Below are positions 1 through 13,674 of a stretch of DNA of 64,000 bases, piece after piece. Under the pieces are notes generated by a model. It did no database searches. It saw nothing but the letters and a program-made list of their open reading frames with translations, and had not been told where the DNA came from. The position numbers and the translations under genes were made by a program. The first letter of the stretch is position 1; every line of letters starts with the position of its first letter. Source of the stretch: Eledone cirrhosa (Eukaryota); assembly GCA_964016885.1 (NCBI GenBank), contig OZ024743.1, positions 226,424,001 to 226,488,000 of the forward strand, written 5' to 3'.

Positions 1-140
1 CATAGTTACGTCCCTTTACGGACTAAGTACAAATCCCGCCGAGGTTTACTTTGCCTTTCATCCTTACGGGGTCGATAAAATAAAGTACCAGTAATGCACT
101 GAGTATTTGCTGGCCTTGTGCCAAAAGTAGAAACAATTAT
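1..140 (+). mobile_element. SINE family A (tRNA-derived), cut by window edge
   Basis: Body ctttgcctttcatccttacggggtcgataaaataaagtaccag and tail ggccttgtgccaaaagtagaaacaattat shared with about 20 copies in the window. Confidence 0.9.
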
Positions 141-738
141 ACTAAAATTTTAAAATGTGTATTCAGCAGGGTTATGGACCGGAATTTATCGACCATGTCT
201 CACTTGTATACACGTTTCTTCGGCATCTCTACCGCACCACGAATCTAAGAACTGGGAATTTTCCCGTTCTACTGCCAGGTACATTATACGTCTATCAGGT
301 CCGACTATACAAATAAAACAATTGCGTGAGTTTATTCTCTTATGCTTATGTATATTTATAAATATACAAAACATACATGCATACCGATAAAGCGCGACAC
401 ATAGAGAACTAAAACACTGCTAATTGCACCTCTCATTCTTACTTTGAGTAGTTCATCAGCTCGTCGAGATGAGCGCTAAGGAATCCCAAACTGTTGAGCA
501 AAGAACCACTACAACGCCGCGGGCATCTGCTTGAAATCAAATTTCACACACTTGTCCCTGACCATCAGATAGTGAATTGAGTAGTTTGTTGCTCCACCGT
601 GCCTCTTCCAACCAAATCCATTGAACATCTTTCCTTAATATCTTAGATCATGCGTTTCAACACTGAGATCGTAACCTTTTGGTGTTATTTTGGAGAAATG
701 GCTGAGGGCATATCTCGCCGCTAACAAATTGGATATTC

Positions 739-990
739 AGTAATGCACTGGGATGATTGCTGGCCTTGTGCCAAAAGTAGAAACAATTATTTTTCTGATC
801 ATGGCGGGGGATTGGCAGTATTAGTAGAAGGTCGGACGACATGCTTTCCAGCATAGTTACGTCCCTTTACGGTCTGAGTTCAAATTCCGCCAGGGTTAAC
901 TTTGCCTTTCATCCTTACGTGGTAGATAAAATAAAGTACCAGTAATGCACTGGATAATTGCTGGCCTTGTGCCAAAAGTAGAAACAATTA
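739..990 (+). mobile_element. SINE A full copy (803-990) inserted behind a SINE A tail fragment (739-790)
   Basis: A-box-like tggcagtattag, B box gagttcaaattcc; target duplication ttatttttctgatcatg at about 787-803 and 988-1004. Confidence 0.9.
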
Positions 991-1039
991 TTTTTCTGAT
1001 CATGTATCAATATTTTAGGAATGTCTGTTGCTATTGCTG

Positions 1040-1480
1040 TGGCTTTGTGGCTGATAGCTCTACGGAGCTTCAAATGTTTTCCTTTCGTTGTGAGTAGAAG
1101 GCATGGTCGTTTAATTTATATATGTGGCATTTGGGTCTTCTCCCTTTCATTGTTAAAAACACCTAGATGCTGCTTCTCAGAGTAACCAGTTTCATGGATG
1201 TTTTCGGACATCTTGTACGTTTGCATTAAAATCAGAGCTTCGTTTCTGCCCTTGAAACGTAATTTGTAAATATCCAGGTTTCTCATGTTTCCTTCTTTCA
1301 CTACACATAGAACAACAGCCATCGGCCGATACTAGAGATATATTTCAGGTTGTACACTCACTAACATAAATGACACCATTCAGCCACAGAAGTCCTCCTT
1401 CTTGACAAATGTGGTGTTGTATATCTCTTCACCCCTCAGGAAGAAATCCTACGTCCATCAAACTATAATACTTCCTAGAA
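1040..1480 (-). mobile_element. Possible decayed LINE ORF1 (gag-like zinc knuckle) fragment
   Basis: Minus strand GRRPKCHIYKLNDHAFYS resembles a degenerate CCHC knuckle; multiple stops and frameshifts. 4990-5400 may be a related remnant. Confidence 0.3.
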
Positions 1481-1738
1481 TAGACGAAGGATTTTAAATT
1501 CAACATTGCTGTGGCTATTTGCCACTCTCCCCCCCCCCCCTCCTAATTATCATCATTTCTACCGTCATAATCATTATCACCATCTTCACTTCCGACATCC
1601 ACATCGCCAGCAGTATCGCCAACATCAACATTAAATTCATCAGCGCTATTATGACCAATATCAATCATTACCATCGTCGTCATTACAACCATCATCACCA
1701 CCAACATTCAATCATCATCATCATCACCACCAACACTC

Positions 1739-1774
<36 letters not shown>

Positions 1775-1892
1775 CATCATCGCTATTGCCATTCTCACTA
1801 CCATCTGCATAGACAACGTCAACATAATTATAATCATCATCATCAACTATGTTTTTCTAATAATCACCACATCGTTATCGACCTCCTCACCA

Positions 1893-1983
1893 TACGGGGG
1901 GGGGGGGAGGGGTCGATAAAGTAAAGTACCAGTAATCTACCTGGTAAATTTGCTGGCCTTGTGCCAATAGTAGAAACAATTAT
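1893..1983 (+). mobile_element. SINE A, 5'-truncated, with expanded G run
   Basis: ggtcgataaagtaaagtaccag...gtagaaacaattat; flanking repeat ttatcgacctc on both sides. Confidence 0.85.
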
Positions 1984-2016
1984 CGACCTCACCATCGTCA
2001 TCATCGCCACCACCAA

Positions 2017-2048
<32 letters not shown>

Positions 2049-2599
2049 TTATTGTCACCAAAATCATTGTCATTTTCATCACCATCATCGTTATCATGTT
2101 GATGATGATGATGATCGTCATAATCATGTTCATAGCCATTATTTACCTTTATCTACATAGCGTTTTACATCACCTCCCTCTCCTCAAATAACTCGTCAAC
2201 CGAGATATCTCGGATCTAATGCTTACTAGCTTCGACGCTGATGGCAGTATTTCCACCCTTATCAGCACCAATATTTTTACTTTTCTAGTTTTTTGGGGGG
2301 TTTTTTTTATACGTGATGTGAAGTAGGTGAAAGAGGAGGGTGAATAGAATGGCTTGAATGGTGGAAGAAGGGAAGGAAGCGGAGGGGAAAAAAGAGGAGG
2401 TAGTAGGAATGTGAATATAATGATGAAGGCGGGGTGCGTTATAAAAGATAAAATAATAAAACATACACTCACACACATACGTATTTGTCTGTATGTTTGT
2501 GTCCGTATATATATATATATATATATATATATACGGACACAAACATACAGACAAATACGTATGTGTGTGAGTGTATGTTTGTGCATTTTATTATTTTAT

Positions 2600-2641
<42 letters not shown>

Positions 2642-2718
2642 GCACACATATATATATACATATACATATATATGTGTGTGTATGTGTGTGTGTGTGTATG
2701 TCCGTATATATTTATATT

Positions 2719-2783
<65 letters not shown>

Positions 2784-3296
2784 ATTGATATATATGAATA
2801 TATATATACATACATATATATTTAAATATGTGTATATGTCTCTGGGTATATATATATATATATATATACCTACTCTCACACATTAACCTATCACCTAACT
2901 AGACAGATATACCGTAATACCGTAAAACATAATACAAATATATGTTAATGTTATTAGTTTTGTATGTTACACGCTTAATGAAAAAAAGGGGTGAGGGAAG
3001 GATGGAATAGAAAAGCCATTATTTCAATATGAAGTAGGAGAAATGAATTCTATAAAGGATAGACAAATAAAATAGAGATGTCGAAGAGAGATATATTCTA
3101 GTAATTCCTAAATGAGATAAAGCCTGACATATTTTTCGGTTGTTCTGAACATGATGTGTGAAATGGTTTGAGTAAGATTTCCACACGGCGTTTGTTTCTG
3201 AATTGGATAACTTGTCACCGGTCTAATATCACTACTTGTCCTGGATGTCTTCCCTGGATTCCATCTGTTATAAGCATCATGTCACGTTTCCAGTGT

Positions 3297-3520
3297 GATG
3301 ATAATATTCTGGCCAGATTTCGGTTATGATGAGAGTATTAGGGCTTGTTCATCGATGTGAGGAGAGCATTCCGACGAGATATTTTGTATAAGAATAGTAT
3401 TCGAGCCAGGTCGTTGGGAGATGATAGCATTCAGGCTGGATCATCGATACGAAAATAGAATTTGGGACAAGTCTTCGATATGTTAATATTCTGTCGAAAA
3501 CTTCGAAATGATAATATCAT
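3297..3520. repeat. Degenerate 31 bp tandem repeat
   Basis: gatgatagcatt-like unit repeated about 7 times at 30-31 bp spacing. Confidence 0.6.
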
Positions 3521-4259
3521 TATATATATATAAACGTTAAAGTAATATATTTCCTCGTTGTACTGTGTCATTTACTTTGTTATTTTTGTTTACTTTTTAC
3601 CGTGTTCTAATCAGACATTATATTCTACCTTTAGTAGTTTCAGCTTGAGAATTAGACTTAAATTTTACCATTTTTACAGCTCCAGGAATCTCATATTCAG
3701 AAAATTGATGGACATTCTATTCTATTAATTTTGCTTCCTCAGAAATTTTATCTTGAGACAATAGACGAAAACTCTAGTTTTTGCTCCACCAGCAGTCGCA
3801 TCTTAAAAAAAAAATATTATCAAGAATTTCACGTAGCCATCCCCGCTATCCATTGTATGACTCAGAGACGTATAATCCCGTCCTTAATTGGTACCGGGAA
3901 TTTTATTTCGTGTCTCTGAAAGATATGTTGTAGTTAACTAATGAACAAGACTTATTCTTTCTTTTTCCACCAACTTAAACTCAAAACAAAGACACGATGA
4001 TGTTCTTAAACGATGCCATGTCACAAACAATTTCGGTTACATATCCAAATGTCGGCTAATTTATCTTAATGGGGTTAGAGGGAAAATTGGAATTTTCTTC
4101 TGAGAGAGACAAAAAGAAACATTATAAATATATAAACAAATATGCAAAACTAAATAATAAGAACTGTTAAATAATATGAGAAAATGGTGTTTTCTTCTAA
4201 CAAGAAAATTGGAACTTGTATAGGTTTAGCTATAGCATCATTATTGTGGATGGCTTGTT

Positions 4260-4880
4260 AGAGGTGTTGTTACTGTTATTGCTATTGTTGTTTATGTTCA
4301 TAATGTTGTTGCTACTGTTGTTTCTTCAGCTGCTGCTATTGATGTCATCTTCATTGTTGTTATTGTTGCTGTTGTTGTTATTGCTGTTGTGATTGTTGCC
4401 GTTGTAGTGATCGCTGTTGTTGTTGTTGTTGTTGTTGTTGTTATTGTTGCCGTTGTAGTGATCGCTGTTGTTGTTGTTGTTGTTGTTGTTGCTGTTGTTG
4501 TTGTTGTTGCTGTTGTTGTTATTGCTGTTGTTGCTCTTGTTATTGTTGCTCTTGTCACCGTTGATAATGCTGTTCTTGTTGTTGCTGTTGTTGTTATTGC
4601 TGCTGTTATTATTGCTGTTGTTAATGTTGCTGTTGTTGTTGTTCCTCTTGTCACCGTTGATAATGCTGCTGTTGTTGTTGTTGTTGTTGTTGTTGTTATT
4701 GCTCTTGTCACCGTTGATGATTGCTGTTGTTGTTGTTGTTGTTGTTGTTATTGCTCTTGTCACCGTTGATGATTGCTGTTGTTGTTGTTGTTGCTGTTGT
4801 TGTTATTGCTCTTGTCACCGTTGATGATTGCTGCTGTTGTTGTTGTTGTTGTTGCTGTTGTTGTTGTTGTTGTTGTTGTT
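4260..4880. repeat. (TTG)n-based compound microsatellite with repeated gctcttgtcaccgttgat insert
   Basis: Direct inspection; about 6 copies of the insert. Confidence 0.9.
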
Positions 4881-5559
4881 TATCAGTTTCGGCACCCAAC
4901 AGATATATTTCTAATATGTTAGTCTACGATGTCGACCTAAACATGAACCTCAACAGCAGCTGCCGACAAATAGTTTTAGATTGATAGCAAGATTAATAAA
5001 ATGTCCCCCGTACGGTACACTTCAGATTTCTATAGTTCCAAGCGTTCGTTTCTCTCTGGCTCCTGGTTCTTTGTATGCCTGCTTGTTTTGATTTTGCCGA
5101 GACCTTCCAACAGATTCGAACACCCCTATTCTGTAGTCTTTTACACTCAAACACTATACAGCGGTACCAACAGTTCGTGTCCTCCACGGTCAGTTTACGC
5201 CTCTCATGCTCTCTTCTCCCCTTCATTACCACCAACCTTTAGCCTGCACATCTCGCACCTCTACGATCTACGTCTGTCTCAAGATATATAAAACTAATAA
5301 CCCACTCCATACGATCTGAACCGCACACTTCCAAAAATCCAGCGACATTCTCCAATCACCTCTGACGCCAAACTCTCCTAGCCTGCTCCTAACATATGAA
5401 CTTCCTTTTTAAATGCTCCATTACCAAAATGAGTGACACACGTGTTTTTCTTGAGTCGAATGTTATTGCGTATTTCTTCTTTCCTTACATTCGTAAATCT
5501 TCGAATTTCTCTTTGTCTCTCCCAAATATTTTCTCAGCTCGACATCATTCTCTTTGGAG

Positions 5560-5776
5560 TAAACAAAAGAAAACCAGAAGGATGAGGAGGCAGAGAGGAA
5601 ATAAAAAATAGTCATTGAGGAGGTCACAGAATGTGTGAAGAAAGAGTTTTGATGAACTAAATGATAACTAAGGATTTATCTGCCCGTGATTTAAGAAACA
5701 AATCGCAATCCTCCCATCCGCAAAGGTAACCATATTTGTTTCAACACAGAGATCACGACAAGAATCTTGCAAAACA
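5560..5776 (+). mobile_element. PLE-derived fragment with degenerate hammerhead (5611-5653)
   Basis: gtcattgaggaggtcacagaatgtgtgaagaaagagttttga plus tail gtttcaacacagagatcacgacaagaatcttgcaaaaca, homologous to 31651-31907. Confidence 0.65.
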
Positions 5777-6028
5777 TATATTTATATATATATATATAAA
5801 TGTATATATAATTTGTTTTACAGATGGATAGATAGATTGGGAGTTATGAGTTTAGACTAATAAGATCATATTCAGCTAAGTACTTGATACACGGCAAAGT
5901 ACACTGTATGTATAGGGAGAGGATAGTGCTCGACGGCTGAGCTCACGCCATTTTAACATCGAGTGGCTCTCTACTTGCCGTTTAAAAAGCGTTCGCTCAC
6001 CTGCCGGGGCCAATTTTTCAATATATAG

Positions 6029-6063
<35 letters not shown>

Positions 6064-6327
6064 TGTGTGTGTGTGTGTGTGTTAATAAATTCCGTAGAAA
6101 CGGTAAAGGAAAGAAGAGTGCTCTATGTATAGTACAAAGCTATTTAATCACATAACAACACAATATAATTATTCAATTACCAAAGATTTCAAGAAACAAG
6201 ACGACCATTACGGGAATGCCCAGCTCGTTCATCAGATGAAAATGAACGAGCTGGACGTTTCTGTAATGATCATCTTGTTTCCTGAAACCTGTGGTAATGG
6301 AATAATTATATTGTGTTGTTTCTAATG

Positions 6328-6417
<90 letters not shown>

Positions 6418-6750
6418 CTGGGGGGTTTCCGGGAGGGGGGGGGGAGTAATCTGGCGGATAGGAGCGATACGTGTCCTCTGCTGTTCGTTGTTTTGAATCC
6501 GAAATATAGGGACAATTAAATCTCTTCCAAGATAACTCTATCTCGTGTTATTATTTTTATTTTTTACGCTCTTTCCTATGTTCTTCTACACACTATACAT
6601 CTCATGCTACATTCACTTACATCTCTCTCTTCACCACCGGATCTTGTTACCCGGAGAATTACCCATCTGCATTGTTGAGGCTTCCAAAACGATTTAAAGA
6701 AAATATATCTTATTATTCCACAATGCTTCAAGCAAACTTCAATACTCTCT

Positions 6751-6815
<65 letters not shown>

Positions 6816-6827
6816 ATGTATGTATGT

Positions 6828-7114
6828 CAAAGTTAAGCAGAAATAACAACACAATCGGTGCAGTATATGGAAATGACATATTAGGTTAACGCTTGCAATA
6901 GCAGGAAGAGGGTGTTAACGTTTCGGACGCAAGTCCTTCATCAGAAGAAATAATGAGAAATAAGATAGATTGAGGGGACGGGCGGGATGGAATTGGAAAA
7001 CATGTTTTAGATAAAAATAACAGGCCCATTCATGTTGATATCTCTAAAGGCGACTCAAACAAGAGATGGACAGTTTCCCATCGTCAGTTGTCTACTACGG
7101 TCACGGATGTTTCG

Positions 7115-7118
<4 letters not shown>
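6828..7118 (-). mobile_element. Probable PLE terminal-repeat fragment between (TA)n tracts
   Basis: Unique island flanked by microsatellites; contains a hammerhead core at 6916-6944 and a second, stem-II-deleted core near 7065-7095. Confidence 0.55.
6914..6946 (-). ncRNA. Minimal hammerhead ribozyme motif
   Basis: Minus strand: CTGATGA a GGAC ttgc GTCC GAAA cGTT aac; same architecture as the 13640 motif with a covarying stem II. Confidence 0.7.
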
Positions 7119-7178
<60 letters not shown>

Positions 7179-7270
7179 GAGTGTGTATATGTGATTTCTA
7201 CAGGTCTAGAACTGTTTTATTCGAAGGAAATCATCATAAAGATATATACATATATACAATAAATATATAC

Positions 7271-7329
<59 letters not shown>

Positions 7330-7354
7330 GTTATATATATATATAATATTATAT

Positions 7355-7532
7355 AGTATCGGTAGAGCGTTGGACGCCATGCTTTGATGGATAGAGTTAC
7401 GGCCATTGTCATTGTGAGTTCAAACCCCGCCTAGGTTAACTTTGCCTTTCATCCTTACGGGGTCGATAAAATAAAGTACCAGTAATGCACTGGGATAATT
7501 ACTGGCTTTGTGCCAAAAGTAGAAACAATTAT
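7355..7532 (+). mobile_element. SINE A (short-tail subfamily)
   Basis: Near-complete match to the other copies, including B box gagttcaaaccc. Confidence 0.9.
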
Positions 7533-7643
7533 ATAATTTATATATATCATTTTGAGTGTGTGTGTGTGTCTGACTCTGTGTTTATATAATATATAATATA
7601 TCAAAAAATTACGTATATATGTGCGCGTGAGTGTGAATGTGAC

Positions 7644-7676
<33 letters not shown>

Positions 7677-8789
7677 TTATCGGGAAAAGATATCGGTGAA
7701 GAATGTAAGCATTGGTTAGAAAACCAATAAACGTGTGCTTTCATATGGGAATAACTTGTTGAATATATTCACCGTTGAAGCAGTTTATACACGCCCATGT
7801 CACTTTTGACAACATAAAGGCTGTACGATAGTGATTGGCTCTTTGTAACTTTTATATATATATGTATGTATACATGCATGTATTTAAGTAAGTAAGTAAG
7901 TATGTATGTATGTATGTATGTATGTATGTATGTATGTATTTATCTATGTATCTATGTATGTATGTATTTATTTTCGCATGTATGTATTTACGTACATATA
8001 TATGTATGAATGTATGCATGCATCTATGTATGCATATATAAATATTTGTATGTATGCATACATACATGTATATATGCTTGGATATATGCTTGGATATATG
8101 TATGCAAGGACATATATATGTGCGTATTTGTATGCAATTATATTTACATATTTGAATGTGTGTATACATAGTTATTGGTATGTATGTGTGTGTTTATTTT
8201 TGTACGCATATATGTGTGTACCCGTGGGCTGCTAATTCTCTGTTTGACTGTATATATGTATGTATATATTTATGCGTTTACACAAAATATGTGTACCTAT
8301 ATTTGCATACAAATAAGAATGACCACAATAGTCTACACACGCATGCACACACATACACACACAAATATGTACATGTGTGTGTATGTCTATAAACAAACTT
8401 TGGTGAACTAAATCGATGAGTTTTAGTTTATTTGGCTTAGTAATCATCGATAAACGTTTTGGGGGGCTTTCTGGCTTCATTGGTTTCTGAGATAGCACAG
8501 CGGACACTTAATCAATCATTGATGCAAAGTGAGTACTTTGGAAACAGCCGTTCAGTCTTGCACATTTGGGTAAGCAAACGGCTCTAACGTCTGTTAAGCA
8601 TTTTAATCTTGAGTCGTTCATATACTCTAATGGAGCATTTGGTGGCGATTGATAAGAATGTTTTATGTTTCCCTAAGCTAATAGAAGATGGAAGGTTGCT
8701 GGTTGAGATGCTAAATGTTGATGTTCTTGATGTATTTGTGTCTAGTTGATGTATTTATTTTTGTTTTAGCCCCAGCTCATCTTTGATAA

Positions 8790-8945
8790 GACGACGAATT
8801 GGCAGGGTGCTTAGAACGGCGGATAAATTATTTGCATTATTCGTTCCGGGTTTCTGCGCACTGGGTTCAAATTCCACCATAGTAAACTTTACTGCTCATC
8901 ATTTCGAGATATATAAATAAAATACTATACAGTACTAATGTTGAT
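8790..8945 (+). mobile_element. SINE A-related, old diverged copy
   Basis: gaattggcag head, gggttcaaattcc B box, degenerate body. Confidence 0.55.
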
Positions 8946-9339
8946 TCTTCGTCGAATTTTCCTTCGAATTTCTCTCGCCTGCTCTCTCTCATTACTGTTC
9001 TCTACAAGAAATTGACTATAACTCTAGAGAAGTATGATCTTTGCTTGTTTAAATGCCCAAGAAAGGCTGCACTTCACAACAGCACTCATGCAAATCAACA
9101 AGGGGATCAGGTCCCATTGAGAATGAACATGAATATTTTTGATAACTTAGTCTTATGAGGAAATTTGTTCTCACAACAGCGATAATATCTGAAACCAGCT
9201 GTCTGATTTCTGAATTCAAATCAACCGAAATCAACTTCAACTTTAATCCTTTCAAAGTCGATTAATATTTTACCAGTCTAATACTGATGGCACCTTCTCT
9301 TTCTTTCTTTCTGTATTTCCGTCTCTTTGTCTAGAACTA

Positions 9340-9914
9340 AACGACTGCGTCCAGAGTTGGAAAATAATGTGCTAACACACACAAAAAAGAGGCAATGCTC
9401 CGGAGGATTGCAATAGTGACAAACATAAACGAACCTCAACCTAAAACTGAACAGAAAACATGAGTGGAATAATAACAACTTCACAACGAAGTAATTAAGA
9501 ACAAGAAAAAGACATACAGAGACACACAAGAACTAAACTAATAAAACAAACCATGTCCACATAGAAGAAACAAGTAACCAACTAGTAACACACAAATAAA
9601 CATTTAAAATATATATATATATATATATATATTTATATCTTAAAAATAGAAAAAGATAAAACACACAAACACAAACCCTTATACAGCACCTACACATCCG
9701 GGTACAGAGCTCACAAAAACAAGATGGTGTAGGAGAGAACAAAGGAGATACATAAAATAACAAGAAAAGTAGTCAATTAGGAGGTCACAGAATGTGTGAC
9801 GAAAGAGCCTTGTTGACAATAAACTACTAAACAACCATCCAAATGTTAAACTAACTAAACTGAAACCCAACAGGTGCGTGTGTTTTTGCTAGTAGCATGA
9901 TTCTCCCAAAGAAT

Positions 9915-9919
<5 letters not shown>
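9340..9919 (+). mobile_element. 5'-truncated copy of the 53-54.7 kb PLE family (end of endonuclease + 3' region)
   Basis: AMLRRIAIVTNINEPQPK / LNRKHEWN from 9392; hammerhead relic ggaggtcacagaatgtgtgacgaaag (9772-9817); terminal ctcccaaagaataacaat. Confidence 0.7.
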
Positions 9920-9954
<35 letters not shown>

Positions 9955-10238
9955 TTAATCTGTTATTTTAATAAATATTTGGTGCATGGTCTTATATATT
10001 TTTATATAAATATATTATCCTTATCGATAGTAATAATAATAAATGTGAAGACTAAAATCCGAAGAGGGTTCGATAAGGATAATATATATATATATATATA
10101 AATATCTAAAACCATACTGCAAATATTTATTAATATAACAGATTAAAGTTTAAACTGAAACGGGATCTTCAGTATACGTGTGTGTATTCATATGCATACT
10201 AGTATTTCAGTATACATATGTGGATGTACATTTTTAAC

Positions 10239-10291
<53 letters not shown>

Positions 10292-10314
10292 TCTCTAACA
10301 ACTCAGCCACACGC

Positions 10315-10395
<81 letters not shown>

Positions 10396-10397
<2 letters not shown>

Positions 10398-10515
10398 AAG
10401 GCGTGTGGCTGAGCGGTTAGAGAATTGGATTCACAATCTTGAGGTTGTGAGTTCAATTCCTGGACCGGGCGATGCGTTATGTCCTTGAGCAAGACACTTT
10501 ATTTCATGTTGCTCC
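10396..10515 (+). mobile_element. tRNA-derived SINE family B, 5' part
   Basis: A box tggctgagcgg, B box gagttcaattcc, followed by gtccttgagcaagacactttatttca; a related reverse copy lies at about 44655-44760. Confidence 0.75.
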
Positions 10516-10624
10516 TTCTACCTGTAGTTGCGACCGATAGATAGTATTAGCAATTGGAAAGACCGGCGGAAACATCGTTTCCTCGGTCCGATTTGACGAA
10601 AGTCGATCGATCCTAATATATATG

Positions 10625-10664
<40 letters not shown>

Positions 10665-11107
10665 TACATACTGATATTTAAGTATCAGCCGTACTAAGAG
10701 TGAGAAATGAAGTTTAATTTTTTACATATATATATATATACAAATATATATATATGCATACAAACACACACACACACACACGCAAACCCACACAAAACAC
10801 ACCTACACACAGCTATATATATATATGTGTGTGTAAGAATTTCTATACATATGTACTCTTCAATGAGATGTTATCGATATATTTCCTTCTAATTGTTTGA
10901 ATTGATGTCATTGATTTCATTTATTTATTAGCAACATATTTGAACACACACACACACGTATATATATATATATATATAACTACATATATGTAGGTGTATG
11001 TTTATATAGATATATATGCGCACCCACAAATATATATTTACATAGACGTATGTATACACATACATACATGCATACACACACACACTCAGATACATACACG
11101 CACACAT

Positions 11108-11214
<107 letters not shown>

Positions 11215-11736
11215 TTAAATTTAAGCTTTTTCCTAAAGAAACGGTGGCACAACTATCTCTAAACTAAACGACCATCTATATATTTTGAAAGCAAACAATT
11301 AAGAGTGAATCTTCTGGCAGGAATCGTTCCAACCGCCATTTTGTTTGCCGGCCAAAATAAACAAATAGACAAACGCCTAATAGATACAGACAATGGAAAA
11401 TGAAATTCAGATGTTAGAAATAGACAATGAATATAATTTCTCTGAAAAGTTTTCTGGTTCTTTTGTTCCGTTATTTTTTTGTTTTTCCTTTAATAAATAT
11501 TGTTTTGTTATTGTTTCTCTTACTACTGAAGTCTTCTTTAGAATTTCATCACAATTTTCTTTAAGATATTTCTAGAGTTAGAATTAGAGTAGAGAGACTA
11601 GTAGGCGGGAATGCTTTAGTCAGCAGCTAACCAATATTTTAAAGTACCATTGCACTCTCTGTAAATTGTTATTAGTGAATTTATACCAACAACACTACGA
11701 AAAGTAGAATAAGAATAAGAAAATCAACAAGTAATT

Positions 11737-11818
11737 GAAGAAGAAGAAGAAGAAGAAGAAGAAGAAGAAGAAGAAGAAGAAGAAGAAGAAGAAGAAGAAG
11801 AAGAAGAAGAAGAAGAAG
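11737..11818. repeat. (GAA)n microsatellite
   Basis: Pure GAA run. Confidence 0.97.
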
Positions 11819-11986
11819 CGAGAATGGCAGCAATAACAACGGCATCAAAACCACAATGATGTCGCCGACGACTACAACGGTGATAGCAACAATAGAAAAC
11901 ATTAGCAACAACTCCCATCGCCGGTCGCGTGATGGAAACAAATGGTATATCCGGGAGAATGAAAAAGAAAGAACATACAGGAATGT

Positions 11987-12022
<36 letters not shown>

Positions 12023-12088
12023 CTGACTGTGGCAATTATATATATATAGATAGACACACACACACACACAAGCACACACGCATATATT

Positions 12089-12185
<97 letters not shown>

Positions 12186-12262
12186 ATATATATATATATA
12201 TAACATATATATATATATTTATTTATATATATATATTCACATACACACACACACACACATAC

Positions 12263-12323
<61 letters not shown>

Positions 12324-12510
12324 TATACAGAAAGACGAGTATACAGTAGCAAGTAGTAGAAAACACGCAATCGCTCTAAGTGTTGAATAAACAAACTCCA
12401 TAAGAATGGTTAAGTCTATAGATTTCCTTCCATATTATACAGTAGTGCATTTAATAAATAATGAATGGTACATGCCTAAGATGGAGAAGACTAAAGAATA
12501 TATATATATA

Positions 12511-12602
<92 letters not shown>

Positions 12603-12603
<1 letters not shown>

Positions 12604-13112
12604 CGGCGATGAATTAGTTTTGCGAGGTTTTTTATATGAAATCGTGTGTTGAAACAAATAAATAAATACATACACAAGCACATAAACACACAGTAGTCAC
12701 CCAATCATGAACACACATCACACATCAAACAAAACACTAAACACGCACGCAAAGGCATGCGCAAAGAAGACAAAATAAAATAAACAAACAAGCAAATAAA
12801 TAAATAAATATATAGACAGACTGAATAAAAATGGCGTAGACATACAATATAACGGGAGGAAATAATAGCACCACTGACGATGTTGCAGATGTGCAAAGAA
12901 AGATTTATGATAAACTATATATATGTGTTTGTGTCTATATTGTATCTGTATTATTTTTGACCGTTGGTCAGTCAATGGCAACATTGAGGACCGAATAAAT
13001 TAGATTACCGATATAAAAGACACAGAAGCGAAAAGCGAAAACCCACCAAACACTGAGTGTGTTCTGTTATTAATTCTGGCAATATTACACAAATATGACC
13101 CTCCCCAAGTAT

Positions 13113-13118
<6 letters not shown>
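12603..13118 (+). mobile_element. Non-autonomous PLE-derived element with degenerate hammerhead (12868-12912)
   Basis: CTGACGA t GTTGCA gatg TGCAAa GAAAG; ends with atgaccctccccaagtataacaat as in the 31.5 kb copy; begins with an inverted copy of the family tail (..aatcgtgtgttgaaac). Confidence 0.7.
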
Positions 13119-13188
<70 letters not shown>

Positions 13189-13190
13189 GT

Positions 13191-13242
<52 letters not shown>

Positions 13243-13297
13243 GTATATATGTGTATGTATCTATGTATATATGTATATATGTGTGTATATATGTGTA

Positions 13298-13367
<70 letters not shown>

Positions 13368-13639
13368 CACATATATATATACACATATATATATCTGTAT
13401 ATATATATGTGTGTGTTATATATGTATAAAATGGAAAAAAATTAAATTTAATTTCTCACTCTTAGTACGGCTGATACTTAAATATAACTATGTATACGTA
13501 CATACACATATGTATACAGACGTACAGTAGTATCTATATATACATACATACATGGAAAAATTTGAACAGGAACAAAACAGAGAGGCAGTACAACGAATGT
13601 TTATTAATTTCACGGTCTGGAGAGTGGGTGGTGGTGGGG

Positions 13640-13674
13640 AACGACGTTTCGGGCATAAGCCCTTCCTCAGGTGA
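13640..13674 (-). ncRNA. Minimal hammerhead ribozyme motif in the PLE terminal repeat
   Basis: Minus strand reads CTGAGGA a GGGC ttat GCCC GAAA cGTC: catalytic core plus 4 bp stem II; stem I is only about 2 bp. Confidence 0.7.

Noticed and set aside
4298-4984. Poly-Q/N/T/V/L ORFs, also at 37009-39055 and 56447-57465
   Set aside because: Open in most frames on both strands because of trinucleotide repeats; no splice or flanking coding support.
10396-10470. tRNA gene
   Set aside because: Has A and B boxes but continues into SINE body sequence, with no clean acceptor stem or terminator; treated as a SINE head.
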